This document shows positions 14,580 to 23,704 of a DNA stretch of 64,000 nucleotides, one piece after another. A program made the translations under genes and the position numbers. The stretch is from Candidatus Hadarchaeum sp. (GTDB lineage: Archaea > Hadarchaeota > Hadarchaeia > Hadarchaeales > Hadarchaeaceae), in the NCBI GenBank assembly GCA_020725895.1, contig DYTO01000001.1, positions 30,894-94,893 of the forward strand, read 5' to 3'. The notes beneath the pieces are model-generated. The model did not search any database, was not told where the DNA came from, and worked only from the letters and a program-made list of their open reading frames with translations. Numbering within the stretch: the stretch's first letter is position 1; every line of letters begins with the position of its first letter.

Positions 14580-15689
14580 ATGCCGAAAATGAAGCGCCGG
14601 ATAGGGCTGCTGGCCGCTTTCGCGGTCGCGTTTGTAGTTCTAGCGTCAATTCAAACCTCACCTGTCGCGGCCGACGTCCAGTCAGTCCCCTCATTTGGGG
14701 TAGAGGTCACAGATTATCCGACGACGATTTCTCCGGGCGCATCATACACGATCGCGGTTAGCGTTTCTCGGCCAGAAGGCATGCCGCTTCCCAGTTGGGC
14801 TTCAGGTGATTCGCCCCCGAAATGGGAGATCAGGACGTATTTTTATGACGGCTTGAACGCTTACAGCGAAGGCGAAATGACCGACATCGGCGGTACAAAA
14901 CTATATACTGGATGGTGGGACCATCGCGTTCAGGGCGATTCTTGGACGGCCACAATGACGGACACACGGAATTTCGACATCCCAAACAAAATCGTCTCTT
15001 ACCCGCGTGCCGCAGATGAGATAACCGATGGAAAAATGAACGAGATTCCATTCGGGGAGGAGGTCAAACTAAAAGTAAAGTTGAGATTGAGGTGGGGGGA
15101 TTCGCAACTTCAGTTCAAAAACATCGATAATGACGAGGAGAACGAGTTGACTTTCACATACTACGGCGTGGAGTACGGTGGAGATTACACGGAAATAAAA
15201 GCCAATGTTAAATATCGAGTTGGAAGCGTTTATCTTGAAAAGAGCGAGGGCAACTACTGGCAAATAGATTACGAAACGATAAAGCAGGGAATCCTAGTTT
15301 CTGGCTCAGCGGGAGGCCTGCCGATAGAATTGATCGGGGGCGGAGTGGTCGCTCTTGTCGCCGTTGGAGCGATAATCGGTTTCATGAAGAAGCGCGGCGG
15401 CGGGGAAGCAAAGTACGAGGAATATTCTCAGCCTGCGCAGGCGCCATCGATGGCACTGCCACCAACCACATATCAAATGCCGACCCAAGCGCCCACACCG
15501 ACTTATCAGCAGGCGCCAACACAAGCGTATCCGCAAGTGCCTGCGCAAGCCACGCCACAAGCACCTCCACAAACATATCAGGTCCCGACACAAGCGCCTC
15601 CGCAGGCGCCACAGCAAGCGCAACAGAGCGCACAACCTCAGCAGCCCGAAGCGAAGAAGAAGAAAGAGAAAGACGACTTTGATTTCTAG
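14580..15689 (+). CDS. secreted, membrane-anchored protein, paralog B, with P/Q/T-rich cytoplasmic tail
   Basis: Shares EIRTYFYDG and KIVSYPRAA with paralog A. Signal peptide, TM GGGVVALVAVGAIIGFM, then an APTQ-rich low-complexity tail ending KKKKEKDDFDF. Start taken at MPKMKRR; the track starts at 14517. Confidence 0.65.
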   Translation: MPKMKRRIGLLAAFAVAFVVLASIQTSPVAADVQSVPSFGVEVTDYPTTISPGASYTIAVSVSRPEGMPLPSWASGDSPPKWEIRTYFYDGLNAYSEGEMTDIGGTKLYTGWWDHRVQGDSWTATMTDTRNFDIPNKIVSYPRAADEITDGKMNEIPFGEEVKLKVKLRLRWGDSQLQFKNIDNDEENELTFTYYGVEYGGDYTEIKANVKYRVGSVYLEKSEGNYWQIDYETIKQGILVSGSAGGLPIELIGGGVVALVAVGAIIGFMKKRGGGEAKYEEYSQPAQAPSMALPPTTYQMPTQAPTPTYQQAPTQAYPQVPAQATPQAPPQTYQVPTQAPPQAPQQAQQSAQPQQPEAKKKKEKDDFDF

Positions 15690-16390
15690 GTGCGCAGGAG
15701 TTTCCTGGCCAAGTTAGTTATCGCAGAGTACGCCGAGGACTTTGGTGACGACACCATTAGCGGGACCCCTTCTTTCAGAGCCTTCATCACGGCGTCGTCT
15801 TCAGGAACAGTCCCAAGCAACGGCACATTCATGATCTCTTTTATCTCATCCTTGTCAAGCTCGAATTCCTCGCCCCTGACGCGGTTGAGAACGAACCCGA
15901 TTGGCCGAGACCCCAAAAATTCCGCGACAAGGCGGGTTTTCATGCAGTCGGAAACAGCAACCATGTCGGGTGTTGTCACAAGCAAAGTCTCGCTGGAGGA
16001 CCTGAGCGCAGCCACGGTTTCTCTCCTCAGACCCCCCGAGGTGTCAATCAAGACGAAATCCGCCTTCACAGCAAGATTTTTCATTATCTCTGGCAGCTGC
16101 TCAGGGCGCGTCCTCTTTATCTGTTGCAGGGTCACCGCCGCCGGAGCGATTTTAACCCCCATCGGCCCCGTGTAAAGGACGTTGTCGAACACAGTTTCGC
16201 CTACTATGGCGTCGTTTATTGTGTAGATCGCCTTCTCAAGCTTGAAAAGGAGCGCGAGATCAGGCGTTGTGAAACACGCGTCGATTATTATCGTCTCCTT
16301 GCCCATCTTGGCAAGCGCGAGGCCTAGGTTCGCAACTAGCGTGGTGCGCCCAACTCCTCCCTTCCCTGATGCAACAGCGATAACCCGCAT
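15686..16390 (-). CDS. minD: MinD/ParA-family ATPase, paralog 2 of 3
   Basis: MRVIAVASGKGGVGRTT deviant Walker A, then FVLIDTSGG. Start taken at internal ATG 16390; the track ORF extends to 16483. The 3' end overlaps the paralog B stop by 4 nt, convergent. Confidence 0.8.
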   Translation of the reverse strand: MRVIAVASGKGGVGRTTLVANLGLALAKMGKETIIIDACFTTPDLALLFKLEKAIYTINDAIVGETVFDNVLYTGPMGVKIAPAAVTLQQIKRTRPEQLPEIMKNLAVKADFVLIDTSGGLRRETVAALRSSSETLLVTTPDMVAVSDCMKTRLVAEFLGSRPIGFVLNRVRGEEFELDKDEIKEIMNVPLLGTVPEDDAVMKALKEGVPLMVSSPKSSAYSAITNLARKLLRT

Positions 16391-16476
16391 ATAACCACCA
16401 GACCTCTTTAACAGGTTTGTAAATTGATATCCTTTTTCGCTTTTAAATAGGGCCCGACTAAATAAGGAGGGGGAGA

Positions 16477-17670
16477 ATGCCACAAAAATACGATGTAGTA
16501 GTCGTGGGGGCGGGGCCAGCAGGACTGGCGGCAGCGAGTTCGGCTGCGGCGGAAGGCGCGAAGACCCTAGTGCTGGAAATGCGAGCGCAGGTCGGCGGAC
16601 AGTTGAATTTTGAAAGCTTGGTGTCTCAGGAGTTGGCGAAGGACTTCAAAGGCGCCGCTGTCGGCGAAATCAGAGAATTGAGGCTGATCTCTCCCAAAGA
16701 AAAACTTGCGGTCAGGGGAAAAGTAGGAAAGATTCTCGACAGGGAAGAAGTTTCCAGGATTTTGGCCAACAAGGCGGTGTCTTCTGGAGCCGAGATATGG
16801 ATCAACTCGCCCGTGAAGCACCTTTTGGCAAACGATGGGATTGTCCGCGGCGTGAAAGCCGAGTCCGGCAGTTGGTCCGAGATCGTGAACTCTGAAGTGC
16901 TAATAGACGCCACAGGAAGCGCGGGTCAATTTTCGAGCATTTTCTTGAGGAAATTCTTGAAAAAAGAATGGGCATTCGAGGAACTGGCTTTTTCAAACGA
17001 ATATCTGATGGCCAATTCAAACGTCACCGCGCCTGAAATTTACTTCAACTCATACGTTGCGCCGGGCGGCCGGGCCTGGATATACCCGTTCGGGGCTGGG
17101 AACTCCTTGGCCGGAATCTACGGCATAAGGATCCATCCGGACACGGCGTTGGACGAGTTCATAGGAAGGGTTTCCCCTAGCTCGCTCACAAAAGCCTCCC
17201 CGATAGTTTCAACAAGAGGCCAAATCCCGCTTCAGGGCCCGCTGGATCAAACTTGCGGCAATGGGATAATTTCAGTGGGGGCGGCAGCAGGCCAAATTAA
17301 CCCCCTCACAGGCAACGGCTTACGGTACGCGCTAGCGTGCGGGGAAATCGCCGGGAGGGCCGCCGTCGAGGCGGTCACGGAAGGCGAAGTTTCGGAGTCC
17401 AGACTTTCTGAAGCCGACAAGAATTGGAAATCCATATTCTCCTCGGAATTCGAAGCGTGCAAAGCCGTTCATTCTTTCCTGAAAGTTTCGCAGGACAAAA
17501 AGATGGACAGCATTTTGAAAGTACTGAAAGGCAGTCCGAATGCAAGGAGATCTTTCACAAACGTTTTCACAGACTCAAAACTGAATCACTCTCTAAAGAC
17601 GCTGGTGAAGAGCGAAGTTGGCAAAATCCTCGGGCAAGAAGTCTCAGACAGGGTTTTGAATCTTGTCTAG
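16477..17670 (+). CDS. geranylgeranyl reductase-family FAD-dependent oxidoreductase
   Basis: MPQKYDVVVVGAGPAGL (GxGxxG FAD site). The 397 aa length and overall similarity fit archaeal digeranylgeranylglycerophospholipid reductase. Confidence 0.8.
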   Translation: MPQKYDVVVVGAGPAGLAAASSAAAEGAKTLVLEMRAQVGGQLNFESLVSQELAKDFKGAAVGEIRELRLISPKEKLAVRGKVGKILDREEVSRILANKAVSSGAEIWINSPVKHLLANDGIVRGVKAESGSWSEIVNSEVLIDATGSAGQFSSIFLRKFLKKEWAFEELAFSNEYLMANSNVTAPEIYFNSYVAPGGRAWIYPFGAGNSLAGIYGIRIHPDTALDEFIGRVSPSSLTKASPIVSTRGQIPLQGPLDQTCGNGIISVGAAAGQINPLTGNGLRYALACGEIAGRAAVEAVTEGEVSESRLSEADKNWKSIFSSEFEACKAVHSFLKVSQDKKMDSILKVLKGSPNARRSFTNVFTDSKLNHSLKTLVKSEVGKILGQEVSDRVLNLV

Positions 17671-17679
17671 ATCAGGTGG

Positions 17680-18609
17680 TTGGGGATGCGCTGTTATTCA
17701 TGCAACAGCGAATCAGTTTTCTACGACCATTACAGGGGCGAGTTCTCGTGCACGAGATGCGGGTTGGTCATTTTCGACCGTGCACTTGAGTCCGGGCCGG
17801 AGTGGCGGACGAAAGTTGGTGAGAGCGGAGAGAGGGCGGACGTTGGTTCAGGGATAGATTACACGCTGCATGACTTGGGGATGGGTTCAAGTTTCAACTT
17901 GCCCAACGACGTCTCGCCCGCGAACAGGGCTAGGCTCCGAAGAATGCGCGAGATTCAAAAGCGCTCGAAGACCATCGGATGGCAGGAAAGGAGCCTTCGC
18001 GAGGCCATGATTGAACTTGACAAAATCTGCGAGGACCTGTCGATACCAAAGGGCATCAAGACGGAGGCGAGCATGATATACCGCCGCGCAAAGTCCAAAG
18101 GGCTCACAGGGGGCAGGAACATGAGCCAGGTTTTGGCAGCCGCGATTTTCCTGTCATGCAGGCTCAGGGGAATCGCGCGAACGGAGGGAGAGGTGTCGGA
18201 TTCGATTGCCGCGAGGTACGGTTTTGAAAGTAAAAAATGCGAAAGAACAATCAGAAGAATAGTAAGGGCGCTGAAATGCGCTTTGCAACTTGATGTTAGA
18301 AGGATCTCTCCCGACGAGTACATAGACAAATATTCAACCAAGTTGGGCATTTCCAGGGCGTCCATTGAAAAAGCGCACCAAATCCATCAAAAGTTTCCTA
18401 GGAAATTCTTGCAGTCGAAATCACCGCTATTCTTGGCCGCAATCATGATATATTTGGGGGTCAAAGAAACCGGCGAGTTGGTGACGCTGAAGCAAGTCGC
18501 GGATGGCGTGGGTGTCGGCGTTTCGAGCCTTTCCCAAAACGCCACGCAGTTCAAAAAGATTATTCAGAAAGACCTAAACGAGCCCACTTCTCTCAAAAAG
18601 CGTATTTAA
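17680..18609 (+). CDS. tfb: transcription initiation factor IIB (TFB)
   Basis: N-terminal zinc ribbon CYSCNS...CTRCG followed by two cyclin-fold repeats. About 307 aa. Likely start at M 17686. Confidence 0.85.
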   Translation: MGMRCYSCNSESVFYDHYRGEFSCTRCGLVIFDRALESGPEWRTKVGESGERADVGSGIDYTLHDLGMGSSFNLPNDVSPANRARLRRMREIQKRSKTIGWQERSLREAMIELDKICEDLSIPKGIKTEASMIYRRAKSKGLTGGRNMSQVLAAAIFLSCRLRGIARTEGEVSDSIAARYGFESKKCERTIRRIVRALKCALQLDVRRISPDEYIDKYSTKLGISRASIEKAHQIHQKFPRKFLQSKSPLFLAAIMIYLGVKETGELVTLKQVADGVGVGVSSLSQNATQFKKIIQKDLNEPTSLKKRI

Positions 18610-18655
18610 GTAAAAAGGGTTAATACCTCTCGTAAGTTAAGTTTGGTGTTGCCTC

Positions 18656-19507
18656 ATGAAATCGACTGGAGCTGAGTCAGAAGTATTTTGCCCGAAATGC
18701 AGGCGATACGTTGGGACGTTTGAGCGTTGTCCTTATTGCAGATCTAAAGTTCCGACAAGATTCTCATACCGTTTTCTGAAGTGGGGTGGGCTCACCGTTG
18801 CCGTCCTTGGCGTGATTTTCCTTTATGTCGACCTTCACGGCCCTCGCTTGGTCGTACGTCCGGTCCCGACTGTCGGGATAAGTGAGATCGGCCCGACGAT
18901 GAATTACGCTCAAGTCTACATCACCGGAAAGGCCACGTTCGTGAAATACGACGAAGAGACTAGGGCATTGGGAATGTTTTTATCCGACGAAAACGGCGTT
19001 GAACTCTTTATCAGGGCCTATGATACGGAAACCCTGCGTTTGCTGAAGTTTGAGAATAAAAGATTAATGGAAAATGACAACACTCCGAGGTTCCCAGGGA
19101 CCGGAGATATAATCACCGTGCGAGGAAACCTACGCATCCGCCCGGACTTCAACATGATGATTGTTTCATTCGCGGAGGGCGTAACCATCGACCGTCCCGA
19201 GGCATCCATCGTCACGATAGAAAACATGGTTGAAAATTCCACGGCGTTCGGCATCTACGAGAGGTTGCAAATAGAAGGAAAAATAATAGACATCGCGACG
19301 TACGACTGGTCAACAATCCTGACAGTCTACGAGATCAGTTCCGGTGCCGAGGCATCTGTTCTGATTCCCAACATTTTGACAGACTTTCTAAGACCATTTG
19401 ATGCAAGTATGGGGGACATGATTAGGGTTAGGGGCGCTTTCGGAATGTATTACGGGTCCCCGCAGCTCTGGCTTGCTTCCTGGGATGATTTTGAGGTGAT
19501 CGGTTGA
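18656..19507 (+). CDS. membrane protein: N-terminal zinc ribbon, single TM, two extracytoplasmic OB-fold-like repeats (paralog of next gene)
   Basis: CPKCRRY...CPYCRS; TM LTVAVLGVIFLYV; two roughly 105-aa repeats of the pattern V-hydrophobic-G-K/T ... F-L-D ... G-D-x-V-x-V-x-G, the second ending YGSPQLWLASWDDFEVIG. The pattern resembles the bacterial OB fold (BOF/YgiW, tRNA_anti-like). The stop overlaps the next start (ATGA). Confidence 0.55.
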   Translation: MKSTGAESEVFCPKCRRYVGTFERCPYCRSKVPTRFSYRFLKWGGLTVAVLGVIFLYVDLHGPRLVVRPVPTVGISEIGPTMNYAQVYITGKATFVKYDEETRALGMFLSDENGVELFIRAYDTETLRLLKFENKRLMENDNTPRFPGTGDIITVRGNLRIRPDFNMMIVSFAEGVTIDRPEASIVTIENMVENSTAFGIYERLQIEGKIIDIATYDWSTILTVYEISSGAEASVLIPNILTDFLRPFDASMGDMIRVRGAFGMYYGSPQLWLASWDDFEVIG

Positions 19508-20961
19508 CCGAGGAGAACATCTGTCCAGCATGCGGCAAGCCAACGGCCGGATACGTCCCGTGCCCCCACTGCGGCGCAGATACGCGGATAAAGTTGAACA
19601 AGAAAGTGGTGCCAATTTTGATTTTGATTGTCTTTGTGGTCGGGATTGCCTTTTTCGGCGCGCATCTGGCCACGATAAGAGCAGACACGATGTCGATATC
19701 GAGCATAGACAGCTGGCAGAACTACGCCAGCGTTTGGGTTTCGGGGATTGTTACTTCCGGGCCGCAGATGGATGAACGCGGAATTTCTTTCGATATCCAG
19801 GATTCGAGCGGCGGGACCATGGAGATTGAAATTTACGTGCCCCCGACGACGCTAAAATCCCAGGGTCTGATGCCGAGCGTCGGGGACAACGTCAAAGCGT
19901 TCGGCCTGTTGCGGGTTTACGTCGACGGGAGCATAACGATGAGACCCTCCAAGCTTGGCGAGGATAAGTTCACAAAGGAGAACAAGTTCCAGCTCTATCG
20001 CGCCGAACCCGTTGAAACGAACATAACGAATTTGCTTTTGAACTGGCACAGCTCGAACTCGCTGAGATTCAAGCGGGTGTCTTTGGAAGGAACCATCGTT
20101 GGGATGAGGGCCCTGTCCTCGGCGAAAATTTACACGCTGCGCGACAGCGACAACAGCACGGTCGACATGTACGTCCACAACGGCGTCGTCAACGCGGAGA
20201 ACGGTGAGCTGGATTTGAAGTTGCTACAAACGGTGAGAGCGACCGTCGGGGCATCGCAATACGGGAACAGCCCACAGCTTGTTCTTTCAAGCTATGATCA
20301 GATCGAGGTTTTGGAAAGCGGCGCCGCAACCCCAGTCCCGATCGAGAGCGTTGACGAAAGCATGAGGGGCGAGTTCATCACTACTGGCGGGAAGATAATT
20401 TTCGTCCTGATGTCGGGCGAGACGAGCAGCCTAGAAGTCGAGAAGTATTACCTGGTAATCGATAATGAATCCAATGCGACGACATGGATGTGGAACAGCG
20501 TTTACCAGCTATTGCCAGATTCCACTCGAGAGCTGCTGAAGCGCGGGTCGGACCTGCAGTTCACAGGAAAAGTCTCTCAGTCCGGAGAACTATCAATCGA
20601 GTTTCTCCTGCCGCCAGATTATACGATAGATAACGGCACTTTCGAGCCGGACTTGATTGAAAACGTGATGTCTCTCGAAGGGGAAAACGTAGGAAAGGTA
20701 GTGGCGATCGAGGGAACGGTCACTTCCGTGGAAAATGTCGCAGCCTTTGACAACAAATTACCTCCAAACCGCCTATTCACGATCCAAGACAATTTCGGAG
20801 GAAACGTCAAGCTTTTGGTGACGAACACGGTTTATGAGAGAATTTTGAGCCCGCCGGTGGTCGGGGACAAAGTTAACGTTGTAGGGACGTACTTCTTGCT
20901 GGAATCAAACGCCGTCTGGATAACGCCGGGATTGCCGAGCGACATAGTGAGGGTGAGCTGA
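19504..20961 (+). CDS. membrane protein: N-terminal zinc ribbon, single TM, four extracytoplasmic OB-fold-like repeats
   Basis: CPACGK...CPHCG; TM VVPILILIVFVVGIAFFGA; four roughly 105-aa repeats. Examples: NYASVWVSGIVTS...FDIQDSSG...VGDNVKAFGLL and NVGKVVAIEGTVTSVEN...FTIQDNFGGNVKLLV...VGDKVNVVGTYFLLESN. One repeat ends GNSPQLVLSSYDQIEVLE as in the upstream paralog. Confidence 0.55.
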   Translation: MTEENICPACGKPTAGYVPCPHCGADTRIKLNKKVVPILILIVFVVGIAFFGAHLATIRADTMSISSIDSWQNYASVWVSGIVTSGPQMDERGISFDIQDSSGGTMEIEIYVPPTTLKSQGLMPSVGDNVKAFGLLRVYVDGSITMRPSKLGEDKFTKENKFQLYRAEPVETNITNLLLNWHSSNSLRFKRVSLEGTIVGMRALSSAKIYTLRDSDNSTVDMYVHNGVVNAENGELDLKLLQTVRATVGASQYGNSPQLVLSSYDQIEVLESGAATPVPIESVDESMRGEFITTGGKIIFVLMSGETSSLEVEKYYLVIDNESNATTWMWNSVYQLLPDSTRELLKRGSDLQFTGKVSQSGELSIEFLLPPDYTIDNGTFEPDLIENVMSLEGENVGKVVAIEGTVTSVENVAAFDNKLPPNRLFTIQDNFGGNVKLLVTNTVYERILSPPVVGDKVNVVGTYFLLESNAVWITPGLPSDIVRVS

Positions 20962-22487
20962 TGGAAACTCTGATTTATCTCATTTACTCGATGATTGGAG
21001 TTTTGGTGGGCGGGCTATTCTCGGTCCTGCCAGGTATGCACGTTCTCAATTTCGTCGGGATAGGGGTTTTCATCTACCTGGCCCTGCCCCTGGATGTTCT
21101 GGCGCTGACAATGATCTTCCTCGGGATGTTGATCGGGTACATCGTGGTCGGCTTGATCCAGACGACTTACATGGGATTACCGGACGACAGCACGCGATAC
21201 TTCGCATTCCCCAACCAGAAATTGCTGATGTACGGGCGGGGTCACGAGGCCGTCGTGGTCGCCGGGATAGGCGCGGTCAGCGCGGCGCTGATGCTCATGA
21301 TGCTGGCACCTCTTTCCAGCACCATATTCCCCATTTTCAGGAGATTGACAACTCCCCACCTCCACTGGATACTGATAGGAACTGTCACCTACCTGCTGCA
21401 GTCGGAGTGGCCCAAGGACTGGGGAAGCAGGGCGAAGACGAGGTTTGGCAGGCTGAAGGACGGCTGGGCGAGCCTGAGCGCCGGCTGGGCAGTTTTCTTC
21501 CTTTCGATGATGATGGGTTTCATAATAATGAACATCTCTATCCTTGCGCCGCAGAGAGCGTTCCAGAACCTGATGCCGGTCGTGGTCGGTTTCTTCGGAG
21601 TTTCATACATGCTGATGAACCTCATATCGCGCGCCAAGATTCCTGAACAGAAAGTTGGAAACGATATTTACATGAAGAAGATGGACTTCCTGCGCGGCTC
21701 CTCTTCAGGTTTCCTGGGCGGGATGTTCGCGGCGTTCGAGCCCGTGGTGACTGCAGGGCCAGGGATGAAGTTGTCGGCCCACGCGACCGGCACGAGCGGC
21801 GACAGCCAGTTCATGATTTCGGGAGGCGCCGGCAGGTTCGCATACTACGTCGGCGGCTTCTTCTTTCTCTGGGTTCCGCTGCTTCACCTGACCCGCAAGG
21901 CGCTTGGGATGATCACGAGCCTGATGTACCAGCCAACCGTCGAATCGGAGTTCTGGCTTTTCATGGCGGCCATAGCGATGGGGACCGCGTTCTCGTTCAT
22001 TTTACTCGTATTTCTTTCAAAGAGGATAGCAAAGGTGATCACGAAGATCAATTTCCAGATGCTGTCATTGATTCTCCTTTCAGTGATAATCGGACTCGTG
22101 TGGGGATTCTCGGCGACATCGGATTATAACCCGCTGCTTCTCGTCGCGACGATTCTGATCACCGCCGGGCTGCTTTTCGTCGGCTTCAACGCATTGCTCA
22201 GGTTGATCGATCATCTCAGGAGAAGGTCCGGATGGCCGATTTACCTTCTAGCGGTCATTGGCATGGTCTTACTTTTCTTCGCAGTGGAAACGCTGCTCCT
22301 TCAACCTGGCGGGGTAATCGAAGGAATAAGGGCGATGATAATCCTCACGATTGCGACCGGAATAGGCCTCATGCCGCTGACTTTCAGGACCATGTGGACG
22401 AACACACTTCTTGGTTACTTCTTCCCTCTGATGCTGAACATGGCCGGGTTGAGCGCAGGGATAGTCGTTACGCTGGGGGTGTACTAG
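20961..22487 (+). CDS. polytopic integral membrane protein (roughly 10-12 TM), possibly a TctA/DUF112-like permease
   Basis: 508 aa, hydrophobic throughout, with G/P-rich helix breaks (LPGMHVLNFVGIGVF). The start overlaps the upstream stop by 1 nt (TGATG). The next gene follows after 0 nt. Confidence 0.5.
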   Translation: METLIYLIYSMIGVLVGGLFSVLPGMHVLNFVGIGVFIYLALPLDVLALTMIFLGMLIGYIVVGLIQTTYMGLPDDSTRYFAFPNQKLLMYGRGHEAVVVAGIGAVSAALMLMMLAPLSSTIFPIFRRLTTPHLHWILIGTVTYLLQSEWPKDWGSRAKTRFGRLKDGWASLSAGWAVFFLSMMMGFIIMNISILAPQRAFQNLMPVVVGFFGVSYMLMNLISRAKIPEQKVGNDIYMKKMDFLRGSSSGFLGGMFAAFEPVVTAGPGMKLSAHATGTSGDSQFMISGGAGRFAYYVGGFFFLWVPLLHLTRKALGMITSLMYQPTVESEFWLFMAAIAMGTAFSFILLVFLSKRIAKVITKINFQMLSLILLSVIIGLVWGFSATSDYNPLLLVATILITAGLLFVGFNALLRLIDHLRRRSGWPIYLLAVIGMVLLFFAVETLLLQPGGVIEGIRAMIILTIATGIGLMPLTFRTMWTNTLLGYFFPLMLNMAGLSAGIVVTLGVY

Positions 22488-23669
22488 ATGAGGGGCTTGA
22501 CTCACTTCATGATGGGGATGATGGTTGCCACGTTCTTCAAGAGCCTTATGGTGGGCGCGGCCATGCAGGACTCGCTCCTGATAATATTGGGCGGAGTGTT
22601 TGGCCTGCTTCCGGACACTTTGGACTTTAAGTTCCTCGTGTACGTGGAGCCGCAGGACGCTGTCATCGACCCCGACCCGCACAACATGAACCCGCAAGAC
22701 ATCGCGGAAAAAATCGCGGCCGAGATAAACCACACGGACCAGATGGAGCCGGGCAAGATGAGGCGGCTGCAAACGCACACATTGAAGCTCGGTCCCGACC
22801 TCTGGCAGTCGTACAGCATAAATTTCAACAAGGCGAAGCGGCAGGTCGAGGTGAAGGTCGGTCCGCACGTCACGATGAGCGGAATGCCGGCATTCGGGAC
22901 GGAGCCGCCGACGGACAAGGCTTTCGGGGTGGCGAGGTACAATCCTAAGCTCATTGATGTGTACGGAAGGGCGACCGAGGTTAAAGGTTTCAGCGGGCCT
23001 TCGTTCGGTTTCCTGAAGAGGAAGGATGGGGCGGTCGAAGTCGTTTTCATCCCGTTCCACAGGCGCTCCGGTCACAGCATGACTATGGGTTTCGTTTTCG
23101 CGCTTATCGGTTGGTTGCTCACCGGGGTCTGGCAGGTCGGAGGCGTCATACTCGCCGGATGGACGATGCACATCGCACTCGACTCTTTCGGCCACCTCGG
23201 GAACAACCTTTTCTGGCCTGTGATGAAGCAGAGGACAAGCGGGCTTTACCTAGTCAGCGCGTCAAACCCGTACTGGAACGCGTTCGCGATATACTCCTGC
23301 ATCGCGCTAATATTCTGGAACATGAACATGTACAACGCTTCTGTCAGCCCGGCGTACACGGTTGCCTGGATGACTTCGCTCGGACCCGCGCTTTACATTT
23401 TGTCGGTCATACTCATCCCATGGTCGATACTCGGCGCGATCTATTTCACATACCGCAAGAAAACGAAGGGGCAGAGGTCATACGAGCTATTCGCTTCGAC
23501 GACAGAGGTTGCGGGAGCGGCCGAGCCAGAGTCGGCGGGAATCGTCGAGCAGGAGCACTACTACGAGGTAGACGAGAAGCAGAAGCCATCCATGTTCTGG
23601 AGGGCGCTGGGAATCGGCATACTCATTGTGATTATGGTCATCCTGTTCGCGTACGGGCCGACCTGGTGA
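22488..23669 (+). CDS. membrane-bound metal-dependent hydrolase-like protein (DUF457/YdjM-like N-terminal domain) with extended C-terminal TM region
   Basis: MRGLTHFMMGMMVATFF N-terminus, HSMTMG and HIALDSFGH histidine motifs as in DUF457. 393 aa with additional TM helices and a charged tail. Confidence 0.45.
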   Translation: MRGLTHFMMGMMVATFFKSLMVGAAMQDSLLIILGGVFGLLPDTLDFKFLVYVEPQDAVIDPDPHNMNPQDIAEKIAAEINHTDQMEPGKMRRLQTHTLKLGPDLWQSYSINFNKAKRQVEVKVGPHVTMSGMPAFGTEPPTDKAFGVARYNPKLIDVYGRATEVKGFSGPSFGFLKRKDGAVEVVFIPFHRRSGHSMTMGFVFALIGWLLTGVWQVGGVILAGWTMHIALDSFGHLGNNLFWPVMKQRTSGLYLVSASNPYWNAFAIYSCIALIFWNMNMYNASVSPAYTVAWMTSLGPALYILSVILIPWSILGAIYFTYRKKTKGQRSYELFASTTEVAGAAEPESAGIVEQEHYYEVDEKQKPSMFWRALGIGILIVIMVILFAYGPTW

Positions 23670-23671
23670 AG

Positions 23672-23680
23672 TTTTTTAAA
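23672..23680 (+). promoter_or_regulatory. TATA-box-like element (ttttttaaa) about 28 bp upstream of tRNA-Trp
   Basis: Position and composition typical of archaeal tRNA promoters. Confidence 0.35.
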
Positions 23681-23704
23681 GTTGGTTTCTTAGATTACTC
23701 TGGC

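Noticed and set aside
22269-23195. Minus-strand 308-aa ORF 22269..23195 and 182-aa ORF 22502..23050 inside the membrane-protein genes
   Set aside because: They are antisense to strongly hydrophobic, well-structured + strand genes. They are Arg/His/Pro-rich with no motifs.
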